A DNA stretch of 64,000 nt from a bacterium (GCA_021811365.1 JAJZPB010000001.1:32312-96311), one strand, 5' to 3'. Numbered from the stretch's first letter, positions 17,603 to 28,223 are shown. Notes: generated by a model not told the origin, from the letters alone. Translations and numbers: made by a program.

Positions 17603-17944
17603 TCAAAAAGGCTGGTCGTTTTCTTTAAGATGCTTCTTGGGGTCGACCTCCCACCAAAATTTCTTGCTGAAATGTTTAGCCTTTGAGCAGACGCTCTGGA
17701 GGTAGTACAGGTCTTCGGTAGGGATGCCTTCAAGGATTTTACCCATGCGCGGCATGCTGATGGCGGCATGCCCGTCTTTTGCGCGTGCGAAGTTGAGGTG
17801 CCGACAGAAAAAGCGCATAAGTTCGCCGCGTTCGGTGAGTCGGTTGCGGCCTTTGGGTGCTTGCGCTCGCCGCCGCTCAAGCTCTTCCTGCAGTTTCTTT
17901 GCGCGATCGCCGATGGACTCCATAGTGCTAGTATAGCGGACCAC
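17603..17944 (-). CDS. Hypothetical protein (113 aa)
   Basis: ORF between def and murA with a basic/helical N-terminus. Confidence 0.4.
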   Translation of the reverse strand: MVRYTSTMESIGDRAKKLQEELERRRAQAPKGRNRLTERGELMRFFCRHLNFARAKDGHAAISMPRMGKILEGIPTEDLYYLQSVCSKAKHFSKKFWWEVDPKKHLKENDQPF

Positions 17945-17967
17945 CGCTCGAACCGAACTCGGCTCAG

Positions 17968-19323
17968 CTACTGCCTAACGGGATCTTGCTCGAGCACGAG
18001 GCTCACGATATTTTCTGCCTGGACTTCTTCGATGGCAGCGCCCAAAGCGCGTAGCCGCGGGACCAGATTCTCGTAGCCTCGGTTAATTGTGTAAACGTTG
18101 CGCAGCATCGAGCGGCCTTTGGCCGCGAGCATCGCAATCACCAGCATAGCGCCGATGCGCAAGACGCTCGGGCAGACGACTTCAGCGCCCTTGAGTCGGG
18201 TCGGGCCGTCGATAGAAATGCGGTGGGGGTCGTGTAGGAGTGTGCGGGCTCCAAGGCGCTCGAGTTCGGTGTAGTAAATCGCGCGCTTGTCGTACACCCA
18301 ATCATGGAGCATGGTCGTGCCTTGTGCCTGCGTCGCTATCACAGCGAAGAATGGAAGGTTGTCCATATTGAGGCCGGGGTACGGGCGCGGATGAATCTTT
18401 TCCGGGAAGGCAGTGAGTTCCGATGGGCGAAGACTGATATCTGCAAGGCGCGTCACGCCGTTTTCTGAAACTCCCGTTTCCGTTATCGAAAAATCGAGGC
18501 CCATTTTTTCCAGTACCGCAAGCTCGAGTTCGAGAAAGGCGAGCGGCGCGCGACGGACCGTGAGCGCGGAGCGCGTCGTTGCCGCTAGTGCAATAAAGAA
18601 CATGCTGTCTATCGGGTCTTCCGCAACGCTATAGGCAAGGTCGGTAGCGATGTTTGGTACGCCGTGGACTGTAAGTGTCGTGGTGCCGACGCCTTCAATG
18701 TGCACGCCGAGTGCCGCAAGAAACCCGCACAGTTCTTGCACCATGTAGTTTGCGGAGGCGTACTTGATGACGCTCGTTCCGGGTAAACGCGCGGCAGCCA
18801 AGAGCGCGTTCTCTGTGGCAGTGTCGCCTGATTCGAGCAGTACGACTTCGGCAGGGGTAAGGCCGTGGTGCTCAATCTGGAAGCGGTCGCTCAGCGCTTC
18901 GATGTGTACGCCGAATTTCTCAAGCGCCCAAAGGTGGGGGCGGACGGTGCGCGTTCCGAGCGTGCAGCCGCCTGACTGCGGGATGTCGAACGTCTTCAGT
19001 TCGTGAATGAGCGCGCCGATGAACAGAATGATGCTGCGCGTCTTGGTGGCCGCTTCGGCGTCGATGCGTTCAAGCGAAAGGGTCGTCGTCGGCGTGATGA
19101 CGAGATCGTTACCCTGCCACGCTGCAGCGACGCCGATTGACTGCAAAACCTCCACAAGCCGATACACCTCCTCTATATGCGGCATATTGCGCAGAGTGGT
19201 TGTGCCGCGATTAAGGAGTGTTGCAGCGAGAAGGGCAACGGCGCCATTTTTCGAGCGGCTGGTAACGACGTCGCCGGAAAGCTCGCGAGCGCCCTCAATA
19301 ATGAAATTGGTACTGTTGTGCAT
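17968..19323 (-). CDS. murA: UDP-N-acetylglucosamine 1-carboxyvinyltransferase
   Basis: 451 aa. The N-terminus (FIIEGARELSGDVVTSRSKNGAVALLAATLL) and overall EPSP-synthase-like pattern match MurA. Confidence 0.9.
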   Translation of the reverse strand: MHNSTNFIIEGARELSGDVVTSRSKNGAVALLAATLLNRGTTTLRNMPHIEEVYRLVEVLQSIGVAAAWQGNDLVITPTTTLSLERIDAEAATKTRSIILFIGALIHELKTFDIPQSGGCTLGTRTVRPHLWALEKFGVHIEALSDRFQIEHHGLTPAEVVLLESGDTATENALLAAARLPGTSVIKYASANYMVQELCGFLAALGVHIEGVGTTTLTVHGVPNIATDLAYSVAEDPIDSMFFIALAATTRSALTVRRAPLAFLELELAVLEKMGLDFSITETGVSENGVTRLADISLRPSELTAFPEKIHPRPYPGLNMDNLPFFAVIATQAQGTTMLHDWVYDKRAIYYTELERLGARTLLHDPHRISIDGPTRLKGAEVVCPSVLRIGAMLVIAMLAAKGRSMLRNVYTINRGYENLVPRLRALGAAIEEVQAENIVSLVLEQDPVRQ

Positions 19324-19399
19324 CAGGGCGATTTTACCACCTTTACCGCTGTACTTTTGCGCAAGCGCAAGCTCGTGCGGTATGATGCGCTAGCAAGAC

Positions 19400-20443
19400 A
19401 TGTCGCTTTTTTCTCCCAAATTCGGTATCGACCTCGGAACGACAAACGTGCTCGTCTTTGTCCCCAGCAAGGGGGTAGTCATAAACGAGCCCTCGGTAGT
19501 TGCGGTGGGGAAGGGACGGGAGCGGCAAAAAAAGGGGAAGATGCGCGGCGGAAACAAAATACTCGCCATCGGCATAGAGGCCAAGAAAATGATCGGACGT
19601 ACGCCGGACGACATTGTGGCGTACCGCCCCATGAAGGACGGGGTCATTGCCGACTACCGTGTGACCGAGGCGATGCTGCGCTATTTCATGCGCAAAGCGC
19701 TCGGGAGAAATCCGTTCAAGCCGACCGTACTCATCTCGGTGCCGGCAGGCGTAACGAGCACCGAGAAACGCGCGGTGATTGAAGCGGCCATGAAGGCGGG
19801 CGCGAAGAACGCGTACGTGGTCAAGGAGCCGATTCTCGCGGCGATCGGTGCAGGCATTCCGATCCACGAGCCGATGGGTCGCATGATTGTGGATATCGGC
19901 GGCGGCACTATCGACGTCGCGGTGATTTCGCTCGGCGGCATTGTTGCTTCGACGAGCGTGAAGTGCGCTGGCGACCGACTCGACCACGCGATTGTGGATT
20001 ATGTAAAGAAACAGTTTAATTTAGCGATTGGCGATAAGACTGCAGAACAGATTAAGATTGAAGTGGGTGCTGCGGTTCCGCTGGGCGAAGAGCTCTCGCT
20101 TTCCGTAAAAGGGCGCGACCTCGTTTCGGGGTTGCCGCGCACGGTTGAGCTCTCAACCAACGATGTGGTTCAGGCGATGGCGCGCGAGTTGCGAGAAATG
20201 ACTCAGGCGATCCGCAAAGTACTGCAAGAGACGCCGCCCGAGCTCGCTGCGGACATTATCGACAACGGCATCATACTGACGGGCGGTTCCTCGCAGCTGC
20301 GCCAGATGCCGGAGTTGGTGTATCGCCGCACAGGGGTTATCGCCAAGCTCGCCAACGACCCGTACTACTGCGTTGCGCGCGGGACTGGTATCGCGCTCAA
20401 GCATTTGGATACGTACCAAAAAAGCATTATTGCCAAAAAGTAG
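19400..20443 (+). CDS. mreB: Rod shape-determining protein MreB (paralog 1)
   Basis: GIDLGTTNVLVFV, the actin-fold phosphate motifs, and IVDIGGGTIDVAVISLGGIV are present. Confidence 0.9.
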   Translation: MSLFSPKFGIDLGTTNVLVFVPSKGVVINEPSVVAVGKGRERQKKGKMRGGNKILAIGIEAKKMIGRTPDDIVAYRPMKDGVIADYRVTEAMLRYFMRKALGRNPFKPTVLISVPAGVTSTEKRAVIEAAMKAGAKNAYVVKEPILAAIGAGIPIHEPMGRMIVDIGGGTIDVAVISLGGIVASTSVKCAGDRLDHAIVDYVKKQFNLAIGDKTAEQIKIEVGAAVPLGEELSLSVKGRDLVSGLPRTVELSTNDVVQAMARELREMTQAIRKVLQETPPELAADIIDNGIILTGGSSQLRQMPELVYRRTGVIAKLANDPYYCVARGTGIALKHLDTYQKSIIAKK

Positions 20444-20550
20444 AGCCCGATCGGTTTGAATCAAGGGTGGACTCGTTTGCGATCTCGAACGGGCCCGGTA
20501 TGTAGCAACGCGCCGGGCTTGAATCTTGTAAAAGGTTTATACTTTTAGCA

Positions 20551-21237
20551 GTGGCCCACGCTTTTGTTATCGAGGCAGAGAAAGAAGAAGGAATCGCTGT
20601 TGCTACCGCTTGTATCGAGCGCGAGTTTGGGCTGCCAGCGCACGATCCGGACGTAACCATTCTGCGCTACGGGCTATTTTCTGTTGATGACGCGCGAGAC
20701 GTAGCAACCGTGGCAGCCCGCGCGCCTTCGGGCGCACGCGGCAGCGTACTTGTGCTTGCGGCCGATCGCGCGTACCACGAAGCGCAAAATGCGCTGCTGA
20801 AGCTATTTGAAGAACCGCCTGAGGGCGTCCGACTTTTTTTAATACTACCTACCTTAGGCGGCCTACTGCCCACGCTACGTTCGCGCGTGCAGGTGCTCGC
20901 GCACGAAAGCGGCGCGCACGGAGTGAGTCACGAGCGAAACAGCAGCCCCTTAGCGGAAGCATTTTTGCACGCGAGTAAAGAGAAGCGTACGGCGCTTATA
21001 AAAAAGCTTGTGAGCGGCAAAGACGAAGAGGAACGCCGTTTGCATCGCGACGAAGCCATTGCGCTGGTGAACGGCATAGAAGGTAGTGCGTACGAACGCT
21101 TTGCCAAAGGCGAGCGCGTGGTAGCGGAACTGCTTTCCGACATCGCTACGTTACGAAGCTACCTCTACGACCGCAGCGCGCCGGTGCGCCTCATCCTTGA
21201 ACATCTTGCGTTACTGGTGGACGCGGTGTCGTGGTGA
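20551..21237 (+). CDS. holB: DNA polymerase III delta-prime subunit-like
   Basis: QNALLKLFEEPPEGVRLFLI...LPTLRSRVQV (sensor/arginine finger region of clamp-loader subunits). Confidence 0.65.
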   Translation: MAHAFVIEAEKEEGIAVATACIEREFGLPAHDPDVTILRYGLFSVDDARDVATVAARAPSGARGSVLVLAADRAYHEAQNALLKLFEEPPEGVRLFLILPTLGGLLPTLRSRVQVLAHESGAHGVSHERNSSPLAEAFLHASKEKRTALIKKLVSGKDEEERRLHRDEAIALVNGIEGSAYERFAKGERVVAELLSDIATLRSYLYDRSAPVRLILEHLALLVDAVSW

Positions 21238-21296
21238 AATGCGCGCCGCGCAACGCATTCCAGCGGTTCCAAGTTATTTGGTATGATGGGTCGCAT

Positions 21297-21848
21297 ATGG
21301 CATACGATTTTTCGACACTCGACGCGCAGATTACCGAGACGCATGACTGGCTTCAACGAGAACTTTCGGGCGTGCGCACCGGCCGCGCCACACCCGCTAT
21401 TCTCGACTCCGTAAAGGCGGAAGTGTACGGAGCGCGCACGCCGCTCCGCGAGCTCGCGAGTATCACCATTGAAGACGCGCGCACGCTGCGCGTGGCGCCC
21501 TGGGATGCATCTACGATTAAGGCGGTAGAGAAAAGTATAGTGGATGCGGACCTAGGAGTGGGTGTTGCCGTAGACGGTCAAGGAGTGCGCGTGCTTTTCC
21601 CTGAACTTACGTCGGAGCGTCGCACGCAGCTTCTGAAGATTGCCGGCGATCGTACCGAGCAAGCGCGCGTGACGCTTCGCGGGCACCGCACCGAGGCTAT
21701 CAAAGAGCTCGAAGCGGCTGAAAAAGACGGCGGCATGGGCCAAGACGAAGTGGCGCGCCTTAAAAGCGAAATTCAAAAGCGCATCGATGCGGGTAACGAA
21801 ACCCTTGCCGAACTACTTAAGAAAAAAGAAGTCGAGATAGCGCGGTAA
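21297..21848 (+). CDS. frr: Ribosome recycling factor
   Basis: Start at the internal ATG at 21297. ...LSGVRTGRATPAILDSV...VAPWD...TEQARVTLR... matches RRF. Confidence 0.9.
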   Translation: MAYDFSTLDAQITETHDWLQRELSGVRTGRATPAILDSVKAEVYGARTPLRELASITIEDARTLRVAPWDASTIKAVEKSIVDADLGVGVAVDGQGVRVLFPELTSERRTQLLKIAGDRTEQARVTLRGHRTEAIKELEAAEKDGGMGQDEVARLKSEIQKRIDAGNETLAELLKKKEVEIAR

Positions 21849-21892
21849 CGCGCGCGCGAGTTTTTGTCGCTTTCGTGTAGTACACTGCGGAA

Positions 21893-23008
21893 ATGATTGC
21901 AGCATTTGGACTATTCGGACAGGGACTCATTGTGCTTGTGGCGCTGTGCGCGCTCATTCTCGTGCATGAATTCGGGCATTTCGTCGTCGCGAAACTCTCG
22001 CGAATGCAGGTCGACGAGTTTGGCCTAGGTTTCCCTCCGCGCGCCCTTACGCTCGGGAAAATGGGCGGAACGACCTACACCCTTAACTGGCTGCCGCTCG
22101 GAGGTTTCGTGAAAATTCGTGGCGAAGACGGCGGTGATGAACAAAACCCGCGTAGCTTCGCGGCGCGGCCGCGCATTCTCCAGGCGCTCGTGCTCGTGGC
22201 GGGTATTGCGATGAACTTTTTGTTTGCGTTCGTACTCATTGCCGCAGCGCTTATGGCGGGTACCCCGCGCGCGCTTTCGCAGAGCGAGATTGCTCGTGCG
22301 CACGATGTACATGTGGCGGTAACCGCGGTGCTGCCGAACTCCCCGGCAGCACAGGCCGGATTGCAGCCGGGCGATGAAATTCTTTCAGCGCGCGCTGAAC
22401 AGAGCACATGGTCTGCGACCAGTACAGCGAGCTTCTCAGCTTTCGTTAATGCTAGTAAGGGGACACCCATCGCGCTTTCTGTGCAGCAGGTTGCTGGCGG
22501 GGTAGCGACCGCAACAGCGACCCCGGTTGCGGGGCTCGTCGCAACTGATCCTGCGCGCTATGTGCTTGGCGTAGATATTTACCCGGTGGGCGTTACGCCC
22601 GTATCGTTTCCCTCGGCGATAACACAAAGTGCGTCGCTTACCTGGGGCGTGACGGTGCTCACTGTGCACGGCCTCTGGCAGCTTATTTCGGGTCTGTTTA
22701 CCTTCTCCGCGAATCTCTCGCAGGTGTCGGGTCCTATTGGCATTGTTTCGCACATTAGCAGCGCGTCGACTCAGGGATTTGGCAATCTGCTCTCCTTGAT
22801 TGCGGTCATATCCGTGAATCTTGCGCTTATCAACCTGATTCCGATTCCGGCGCTCGACGGCGGCCGTCTGCTGTTTGTCGCTATCGAAGCGGTGCGCCGC
22901 CGCGCGATTAACCCAACTATAGCGGCGACGGTGAACACGGTTGGATTTGCGCTGCTTATTTTGCTCGTGGTGGTCGTCTCGGTCCACGACGTGCTTCGGT
23001 TCGTATAG
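21893..23008 (+). CDS. rseP: RseP-like site-2 intramembrane zinc metalloprotease (PDZ domain)
   Basis: The HEFGHFVVAK HExxH motif lies in TM1. A PDZ-like middle region is followed by the C-terminal NLIPIPALDGGRLLF motif. Confidence 0.85.
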   Translation: MIAAFGLFGQGLIVLVALCALILVHEFGHFVVAKLSRMQVDEFGLGFPPRALTLGKMGGTTYTLNWLPLGGFVKIRGEDGGDEQNPRSFAARPRILQALVLVAGIAMNFLFAFVLIAAALMAGTPRALSQSEIARAHDVHVAVTAVLPNSPAAQAGLQPGDEILSARAEQSTWSATSTASFSAFVNASKGTPIALSVQQVAGGVATATATPVAGLVATDPARYVLGVDIYPVGVTPVSFPSAITQSASLTWGVTVLTVHGLWQLISGLFTFSANLSQVSGPIGIVSHISSASTQGFGNLLSLIAVISVNLALINLIPIPALDGGRLLFVAIEAVRRRAINPTIAATVNTVGFALLILLVVVVSVHDVLRFV

Positions 23009-23064
23009 GCCTCTGTTTGGCCTTTTTTGCGCTTCGCCCGCGGCCAGCTTATACTGAGCTCACT

Positions 23065-24315
23065 ATGAAGCAGTCGAAGCTGTTTACGAAGGCGCGGCGC
23101 GAGGCGCCCGCTGATGAAGTCTCTAAAAATGCGCAGCTGCTCATTCGCGCTGGCTACGTGCATAAAGAAATGGCCGGCGTATATGACTTCCTTCCGCTCG
23201 GTTTGAAGACGCTCAATAACGTCATTGGCATCATTCGCGAAGAAATGAACGCTATCGGCGGGGAAGAGGTGCTGCTTTCTTCGCTTCAGGACCCGGAACT
23301 CTGGAAGAAAACTAAACGCTGGGGCGACGAAGACGTCGATGTATGGTTTAAGACCAAGCTCAAGAATGACGCCGAGCTGGGCTTAGGCTTCACGCACGAA
23401 GAGCCGATCACACGGCTCATGCGCGACCATATTGCTTCGTATAAAGATCTGCCGCGCTATGCGTATCAGTTCCAAAATAAGTTTCGCAATGAGACGCGGG
23501 CCAAAAGCGGCATCATGCGTTCCCGCGAGTTCATTATGAAAGATTTATATTCGTTCAATCGCGATGAAGCGCAGTTTAAGGAATTTTATGAACAGGCGGC
23601 CGAGGCATACTTGCGCGTCTTTACCCGTGCTGGCATTGGCGGCCAGACGTACCGCACCTTTGCTTCGGGAGGATCGTTTAGCAAATTCAGCGATGAATTC
23701 CAAACCGTGTGCGAGGCGGGTGAAGACCTCATTTACATCCACGAGGGGAAAAAGATCGCTATAAACGAAGAGGTGTGTACGGACGACGTCCTTGCCGACC
23801 TCGGTATCAAAAAAGAAGAGCTCCGTCAGGAGAAGTCGATAGAGGTGGGTAATATTTTTCCGCTCGGAACGAAGTATTCAGCCGCGCTTGGACTCACTTT
23901 TAAAAACGCCGACGGCAAAGACGAACCGGTATGGATGGGTTCCTACGGTATCGGTCCCGCGCGGCTTATGGGGACAATCGTAGAACTGCTCTCCGACGAA
24001 AGAGGAATTGTGTGGCCCGCGAGCGTCGCGCCGTTTGCGGTGCATGTGGTCTCGCTCGGGAAGCCGGGCGATGAGGTCGCAGCGCTTGCCGACGGGCTTT
24101 ATGCCGAACTTTCGGAGAAGGGTGTCGCAGTACTCTACGACGATCGCGACTTGCGGCCCGGAGAGAAATTTGCGGAGAGCGATTTGCTCGGCATGCCTGC
24201 GCGCGTGGTGGTCGGCAAGGACGCGGTAGCGACCGATACATTTGAGGTCGTAGATCGCAAGACGGGTACGGTAGAAAAGGTAGCGCGCGCGGCACTGGTC
24301 GCACGATTTTCCTAG
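23065..24315 (+). CDS. proS: Prolyl-tRNA synthetase
   Basis: Start at the ATG at 23065. Class II aaRS motifs (FRNETRAKSGIMRSREFIMKD, GSYGIGPARL) and an anticodon-binding C-terminus. Confidence 0.9.
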   Translation: MKQSKLFTKARREAPADEVSKNAQLLIRAGYVHKEMAGVYDFLPLGLKTLNNVIGIIREEMNAIGGEEVLLSSLQDPELWKKTKRWGDEDVDVWFKTKLKNDAELGLGFTHEEPITRLMRDHIASYKDLPRYAYQFQNKFRNETRAKSGIMRSREFIMKDLYSFNRDEAQFKEFYEQAAEAYLRVFTRAGIGGQTYRTFASGGSFSKFSDEFQTVCEAGEDLIYIHEGKKIAINEEVCTDDVLADLGIKKEELRQEKSIEVGNIFPLGTKYSAALGLTFKNADGKDEPVWMGSYGIGPARLMGTIVELLSDERGIVWPASVAPFAVHVVSLGKPGDEVAALADGLYAELSEKGVAVLYDDRDLRPGEKFAESDLLGMPARVVVGKDAVATDTFEVVDRKTGTVEKVARAALVARFS

Positions 24316-24316
24316 C

Positions 24317-25369
24317 ATGGCCCGCTTTTCAAAAAACTCGCTTTTCTCGAGCGACATAGGTATCGACCTCGGTACGAGCAACACGCTTGTCTACGTACGC
24401 GGCCGGGGCATTGTGCTCAACGAACCATCGGTTGTCGCGGTAAACGATAAAACCGGTCAGGTGGTTGCGGTGGGGAAGGAGGCTAAGGCGATGCTCGGCA
24501 AAACGCCGCCGCATATCCGTGCGGTGCGACCGCTCTCGCACGGCGTTATAAGCGACTTTGAGGTGACCGAGGAGCTGCTCACGTACCTTATTCGTAAAGC
24601 GGATAACGGCCGCATGCGGCTCTTTGGTCCGCGCGTTGTCGTGGGCGTGCCGACGGGGGTCACAAACGTCCAGAGCCGCGCGGTACGCGATGCGGCGCTG
24701 AATGCCGGCGCGCGTCAGGCCATTATTCTTGAGGAGCCGGTCGCTGGCGCAATCGGCGCCAAACTTCCGGTCTCTGAAGCATTCGGCACCATGGTGCTCG
24801 ACATTGGCGCTGGCACAACGGACATCGCGGTCATTGCGCTCAAAGGAACGGTCGCATCAAAAAGCTCGCAGGTTGCGGGCGACCGATTCAACGACAACAT
24901 CATAGACTTCGTGAGAAGCGAGTTTAAACTCGGAATTGGCGAGCGCACCGCTGAAGACGTGAAGGTCGCGATAGGCTCGGTGATGCCGCTCGACGAGCAG
25001 CTCTCGCACAGTGTGCGCGGCCGTGACCTGGCGACTGGGCTGCCTCGGGAAATTGTGCTTAACGATGGCCACGTGCGCGAGGCGCTCGCCTCTTCGTTTG
25101 ATGCGCTTATGGATGCTATGAAGGAGGTCATCGAAGCGACGCCGCCGGAGCTGCTGTCCGATGTGCTTGAACGCGGGGTGTTCGTGTTTGGCGGCGGCGC
25201 GCTCCTGCGCGGGCTGCCGCCGCTTCTCGCGAAGATGCTCGGTGTTCCGGTTACCGTAGCGCCTGAACCGCTCACCGCCGTGGTGCGCGGCACGGGCATA
25301 GTGACGGAGTCGCCGGAGCACTATCAGGATTTTTTCATAAATGAAGAGGACCTACTTAGCGAGACGTAA
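24317..25369 (+). CDS. mreB: Rod shape-determining protein MreB (paralog 2, heads the mreBCD-PBP2 operon)
   Basis: DIGIDLGTSNTLVYV...MVLDIGAGTTDIAVIALKGTV. Starts 2 nt after the proS stop. Confidence 0.9.
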   Translation: MARFSKNSLFSSDIGIDLGTSNTLVYVRGRGIVLNEPSVVAVNDKTGQVVAVGKEAKAMLGKTPPHIRAVRPLSHGVISDFEVTEELLTYLIRKADNGRMRLFGPRVVVGVPTGVTNVQSRAVRDAALNAGARQAIILEEPVAGAIGAKLPVSEAFGTMVLDIGAGTTDIAVIALKGTVASKSSQVAGDRFNDNIIDFVRSEFKLGIGERTAEDVKVAIGSVMPLDEQLSHSVRGRDLATGLPREIVLNDGHVREALASSFDALMDAMKEVIEATPPELLSDVLERGVFVFGGGALLRGLPPLLAKMLGVPVTVAPEPLTAVVRGTGIVTESPEHYQDFFINEEDLLSET

Positions 25370-26174
25370 TGCGCTCCTTTCGCAGGCGCGGTTTACCTGG
25401 GGTGCATTCGCGCTGCTTTTTTCTGTCTGCGCGCTTGTGCTGCGCATTGCTGCGCCGAATGCCTTCTTTGCGTCCGTCGCGCCGCTTGAGCGCGGCGCAA
25501 CCGCTGCGGCGCGGTCGGTGCACAGCGTTCTGCCGGGAAGCACCACCGGGCTTGCCGCAAAGTACCGCGCGCTCGAAAGCGAGAACGCAGCGCTTGTAGT
25601 CGAGAACCGCGCGCTCGTTCAGAAGAACGTCGATCTCGCTGCGCTTTTGAACGCCACTTCGTCTGCGTCTCAAGCGCCGGGTGTTGTGGCGGGGGTGCTT
25701 GCGGCCCCGCCGGAGGATCCGTACGGCGCACTCATGCTCGCGGCAGGAACGCGCTCGGGCGTTTCGGTCGGTATGGAAGTATTCGGTACTAGCGGGGTAC
25801 CGGTAGGCATTGTCACGATGGCACTTGCCGATCAGTCGCGGGTAACGCTCTTTTCAGCGCCGGGACAAAAAATGAACGCGTGGATTGGGTCGCAGCAGTT
25901 GCCGGTGGTGCTTGCGGGAGCGGGAGCAGGAGCGTTTTCCGCCTCCATTCCTTCAACGGCAAGTGTAGCCGTTGGCGACGATGTGTACGCGCCCGGTCCG
26001 GGGGCTCTGCCCGTAGGACAGGTGTTGCGCATCGACCGCAGTCCTTCTTCGCCGAGCGCACAGTTGCGGATTGCGCCGGCGGTGAATCCTTTCTCGCTCG
26101 CGTGGGTGGTTCTGCGCCCCGGAACGCAGCAGCTCCAAAGCGCGCTTTCGTGCGCCACAAGCACGCACCCATGA
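25341..26174 (+). CDS. mreC: Rod shape-determining protein MreC
   Basis: N-terminal TM segment, a coiled-coil (LESENAALVVENRALVQKN), and a beta-rich periplasmic domain (GVVAGVL...GMEVF..GVPVGIV). Position is immediately after mreB. Confidence 0.7.
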   Translation: MKRTYLARRNALLSQARFTWGAFALLFSVCALVLRIAAPNAFFASVAPLERGATAAARSVHSVLPGSTTGLAAKYRALESENAALVVENRALVQKNVDLAALLNATSSASQAPGVVAGVLAAPPEDPYGALMLAAGTRSGVSVGMEVFGTSGVPVGIVTMALADQSRVTLFSAPGQKMNAWIGSQQLPVVLAGAGAGAFSASIPSTASVAVGDDVYAPGPGALPVGQVLRIDRSPSSPSAQLRIAPAVNPFSLAWVVLRPGTQQLQSALSCATSTHP

Positions 26175-26422
26175 TAAAAGGTGCGCTCACCGTTGCTGCG
26201 CTGCTTTCGGTCATTGCGCTTCCGTGGCAGTTCGCGGCGTTCTTTGTGCTCGCAGCGGGTACGGTCGTGCCGCTTCTACCGCTCGCGTGCGGTCTCTTTT
26301 TGGAAGCACTGTATTGGACGCCAGGCGCGTACCCGGTGCCGATTTTTGCTCTTTTAGGCGCGGTGGCGACCTTCGGCTTGTACCTCGTGCGGGGACGGGT
26401 CAAAGCGAGTATCATCGAATAA
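26171..26422 (+). CDS. mreD: MreD-like small polytopic membrane protein
   Basis: 83 aa, almost entirely hydrophobic helices. ATGA overlap with the mreC stop. Sits between mreC and PBP2. Confidence 0.45.
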   Translation: MIKGALTVAALLSVIALPWQFAAFFVLAAGTVVPLLPLACGLFLEALYWTPGAYPVPIFALLGAVATFGLYLVRGRVKASIIE

Positions 26423-26424
26423 CG

Positions 26425-28152
26425 ATGCTCTGGCGACGTAGGCGAAAGTGGAATGCGGAGATTGCGCCGGACGAGATTTTTTTGGACGCAGCGACCTCCA
26501 CTTCCTTTAATAGAGACCAGTTCGAGGGGCGCCTCGAGAAACCGCTTACGCGCAGAACGTATGTGTCCTTGATGATTGTGATCGCAGGACTCATAAGCGT
26601 ACTGTTGCTGCGGGCAGGCCAGCTGGAGATTGTGCAAGGCAAGGCGTTTGCTGCAGAGAGCGCTAATAACAGTCTTGCAGTCACGACGCTGTTCGCGTCA
26701 CGTGGCGCAATTGTGGACGTGAACGGCGTGCCGCTTGCAGAGAACGTATCGCACTCCGACGGTTCGGTAACGCGCTACTACGCGCTTCCATCAATGGGGC
26801 AGATCATGGGCTATGTTTCGTACCCGAAAAAGGACGCGCACGGTAATTACTACGACACGAAAGAATCCGGCATTGCGGGCCTCGAGGCGCAGTACAACAG
26901 TCTCCTCTCAGGCACAAACGGTCAGCTTCTCGCGGAGCGTGACGCGCTTGGGCATATTCGTTCTGAGGGAGACATCGTCCCACCTCAGCCGGGCAAGACG
27001 CTGCGGCTTTCCGTGAATGCGAATCTCGAGGAGCTCTTTGCTCGGGCGCTGCAGAACGTAACCGTTCAACAGGGGTTCGTTGCGGGAGCGGGCGTTATTA
27101 TGGATGTGCATACTGGTGCGGTGCAGGCCATTGTGTCGTATCCGAGCTACGACCCAAATGTGATGAGTAACGGCGGCCCGGCGAGCGCGATTGCTGCGTA
27201 CAATACGGACCCCGGGCATCCGTTCCTTGACCACGCAGTGCAAGGCGTATATACGCCCGGCTCTATCGTGAAGCCGTTTGAGGCGGCAGGGGCGCTCACC
27301 GATGGCGTCATAACGCCCGAGACGACTATCGACGACACCGGCCTCCTCACGATAAAGGACCCCTACCACCCCGGGCAAGTATTTCGGTATACCGGCTGGA
27401 AGGCACTTGGACTCGTCACGGTGCGCCAGGCAATCGCGTGGTCGTCAGACGTGTTCTTCTACACTGTGGGAGGCGGTTTTGGGCCGATAAAAGGGCTTGG
27501 TATCAACAGGCTCGATTACTGGTACCGGCAGTTTGGACTCGGCACGACAACGGGCATTGACCTGCCGGGCGAGGCGAGCGGGCTCGTGCCTAGTCCTGCC
27601 TGGAAGCAGCAAGTCTTCGGCTCTCCCTGGTATCTTGGAGACACCTACTTTACTGCAATCGGCCAGTACGGAATGCAGGTGACGCCGATTCAGATGGTCC
27701 GTGCGACGGCGGCAGTCGCTAACGGCGGCACGCTCTACACGCCAACGCTTCTTGCGGGGCAGAAGGCACTTGGTACGCCAGTTGCTGCGTCTCCCTCCGC
27801 GCTCCAGGTGGTGCGTGAAGGCATGCGGCTCGGTGTAACGGGGACGACGCTTATCGGGAGAATTAACCTGCCGTACCTCGCGGTAGCGGCAAAGACTGGT
27901 ACGGCGCAGGTAGGGAGCCAGAACCAGTATGACAACACTTGGGTTGAGGGCTTCTTCCCCTACGATCACCCCCAGTACGCGTTTTCGGTCGTGCTTGAAC
28001 GCGGTCCCTCGGGCGCTGGTGAAGACGCTGTATGGGTGATGCAGCAACTCTTCGATGCGCTTTATGCTGAAAACTCTCCGTACGTGGGCGGAACGTCAAC
28101 CAGTACGGATGTCCTCGCGTCTTCAACGGTGCCCGCGCTCACGGGCGGGTAG
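26425..28152 (+). CDS. mrdA: Penicillin-binding protein 2 (class B transpeptidase)
   Basis: Start at the ATG at 26425. A TM anchor, then a transpeptidase domain with an active-site-Ser region and KTGTA motif (AKTGTAQV). Confidence 0.85.
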   Translation: MLWRRRRKWNAEIAPDEIFLDAATSTSFNRDQFEGRLEKPLTRRTYVSLMIVIAGLISVLLLRAGQLEIVQGKAFAAESANNSLAVTTLFASRGAIVDVNGVPLAENVSHSDGSVTRYYALPSMGQIMGYVSYPKKDAHGNYYDTKESGIAGLEAQYNSLLSGTNGQLLAERDALGHIRSEGDIVPPQPGKTLRLSVNANLEELFARALQNVTVQQGFVAGAGVIMDVHTGAVQAIVSYPSYDPNVMSNGGPASAIAAYNTDPGHPFLDHAVQGVYTPGSIVKPFEAAGALTDGVITPETTIDDTGLLTIKDPYHPGQVFRYTGWKALGLVTVRQAIAWSSDVFFYTVGGGFGPIKGLGINRLDYWYRQFGLGTTTGIDLPGEASGLVPSPAWKQQVFGSPWYLGDTYFTAIGQYGMQVTPIQMVRATAAVANGGTLYTPTLLAGQKALGTPVAASPSALQVVREGMRLGVTGTTLIGRINLPYLAVAAKTGTAQVGSQNQYDNTWVEGFFPYDHPQYAFSVVLERGPSGAGEDAVWVMQQLFDALYAENSPYVGGTSTSTDVLASSTVPALTGG

Positions 28153-28223
28153 GGTATCGTTTGCGTTGCTGCTTGCGCTTCCGCATGCCTCGCGTACAAT
28201 GACGCCACATAATCTACCTATAT

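Noticed and set aside
26224-26424. 5' extension of the PBP2 ORF overlapping mreD
   Set aside because: The upstream part is an out-of-context Arg/Gly-rich translation. A clean ATG at 26425 directly follows the mreD stop, and the TM anchor starts shortly after.
25352-26637. Many long antisense and alternative-frame ORFs (for example 25813-26637 -, 25393-25731 -, 24715-25299 -) overlapping mreB2, mreC and PBP2
   Set aside because: Arg/Ala/Pro-rich low-complexity translations are typical of high-GC antisense frames. The sense-strand genes have clear family signatures.
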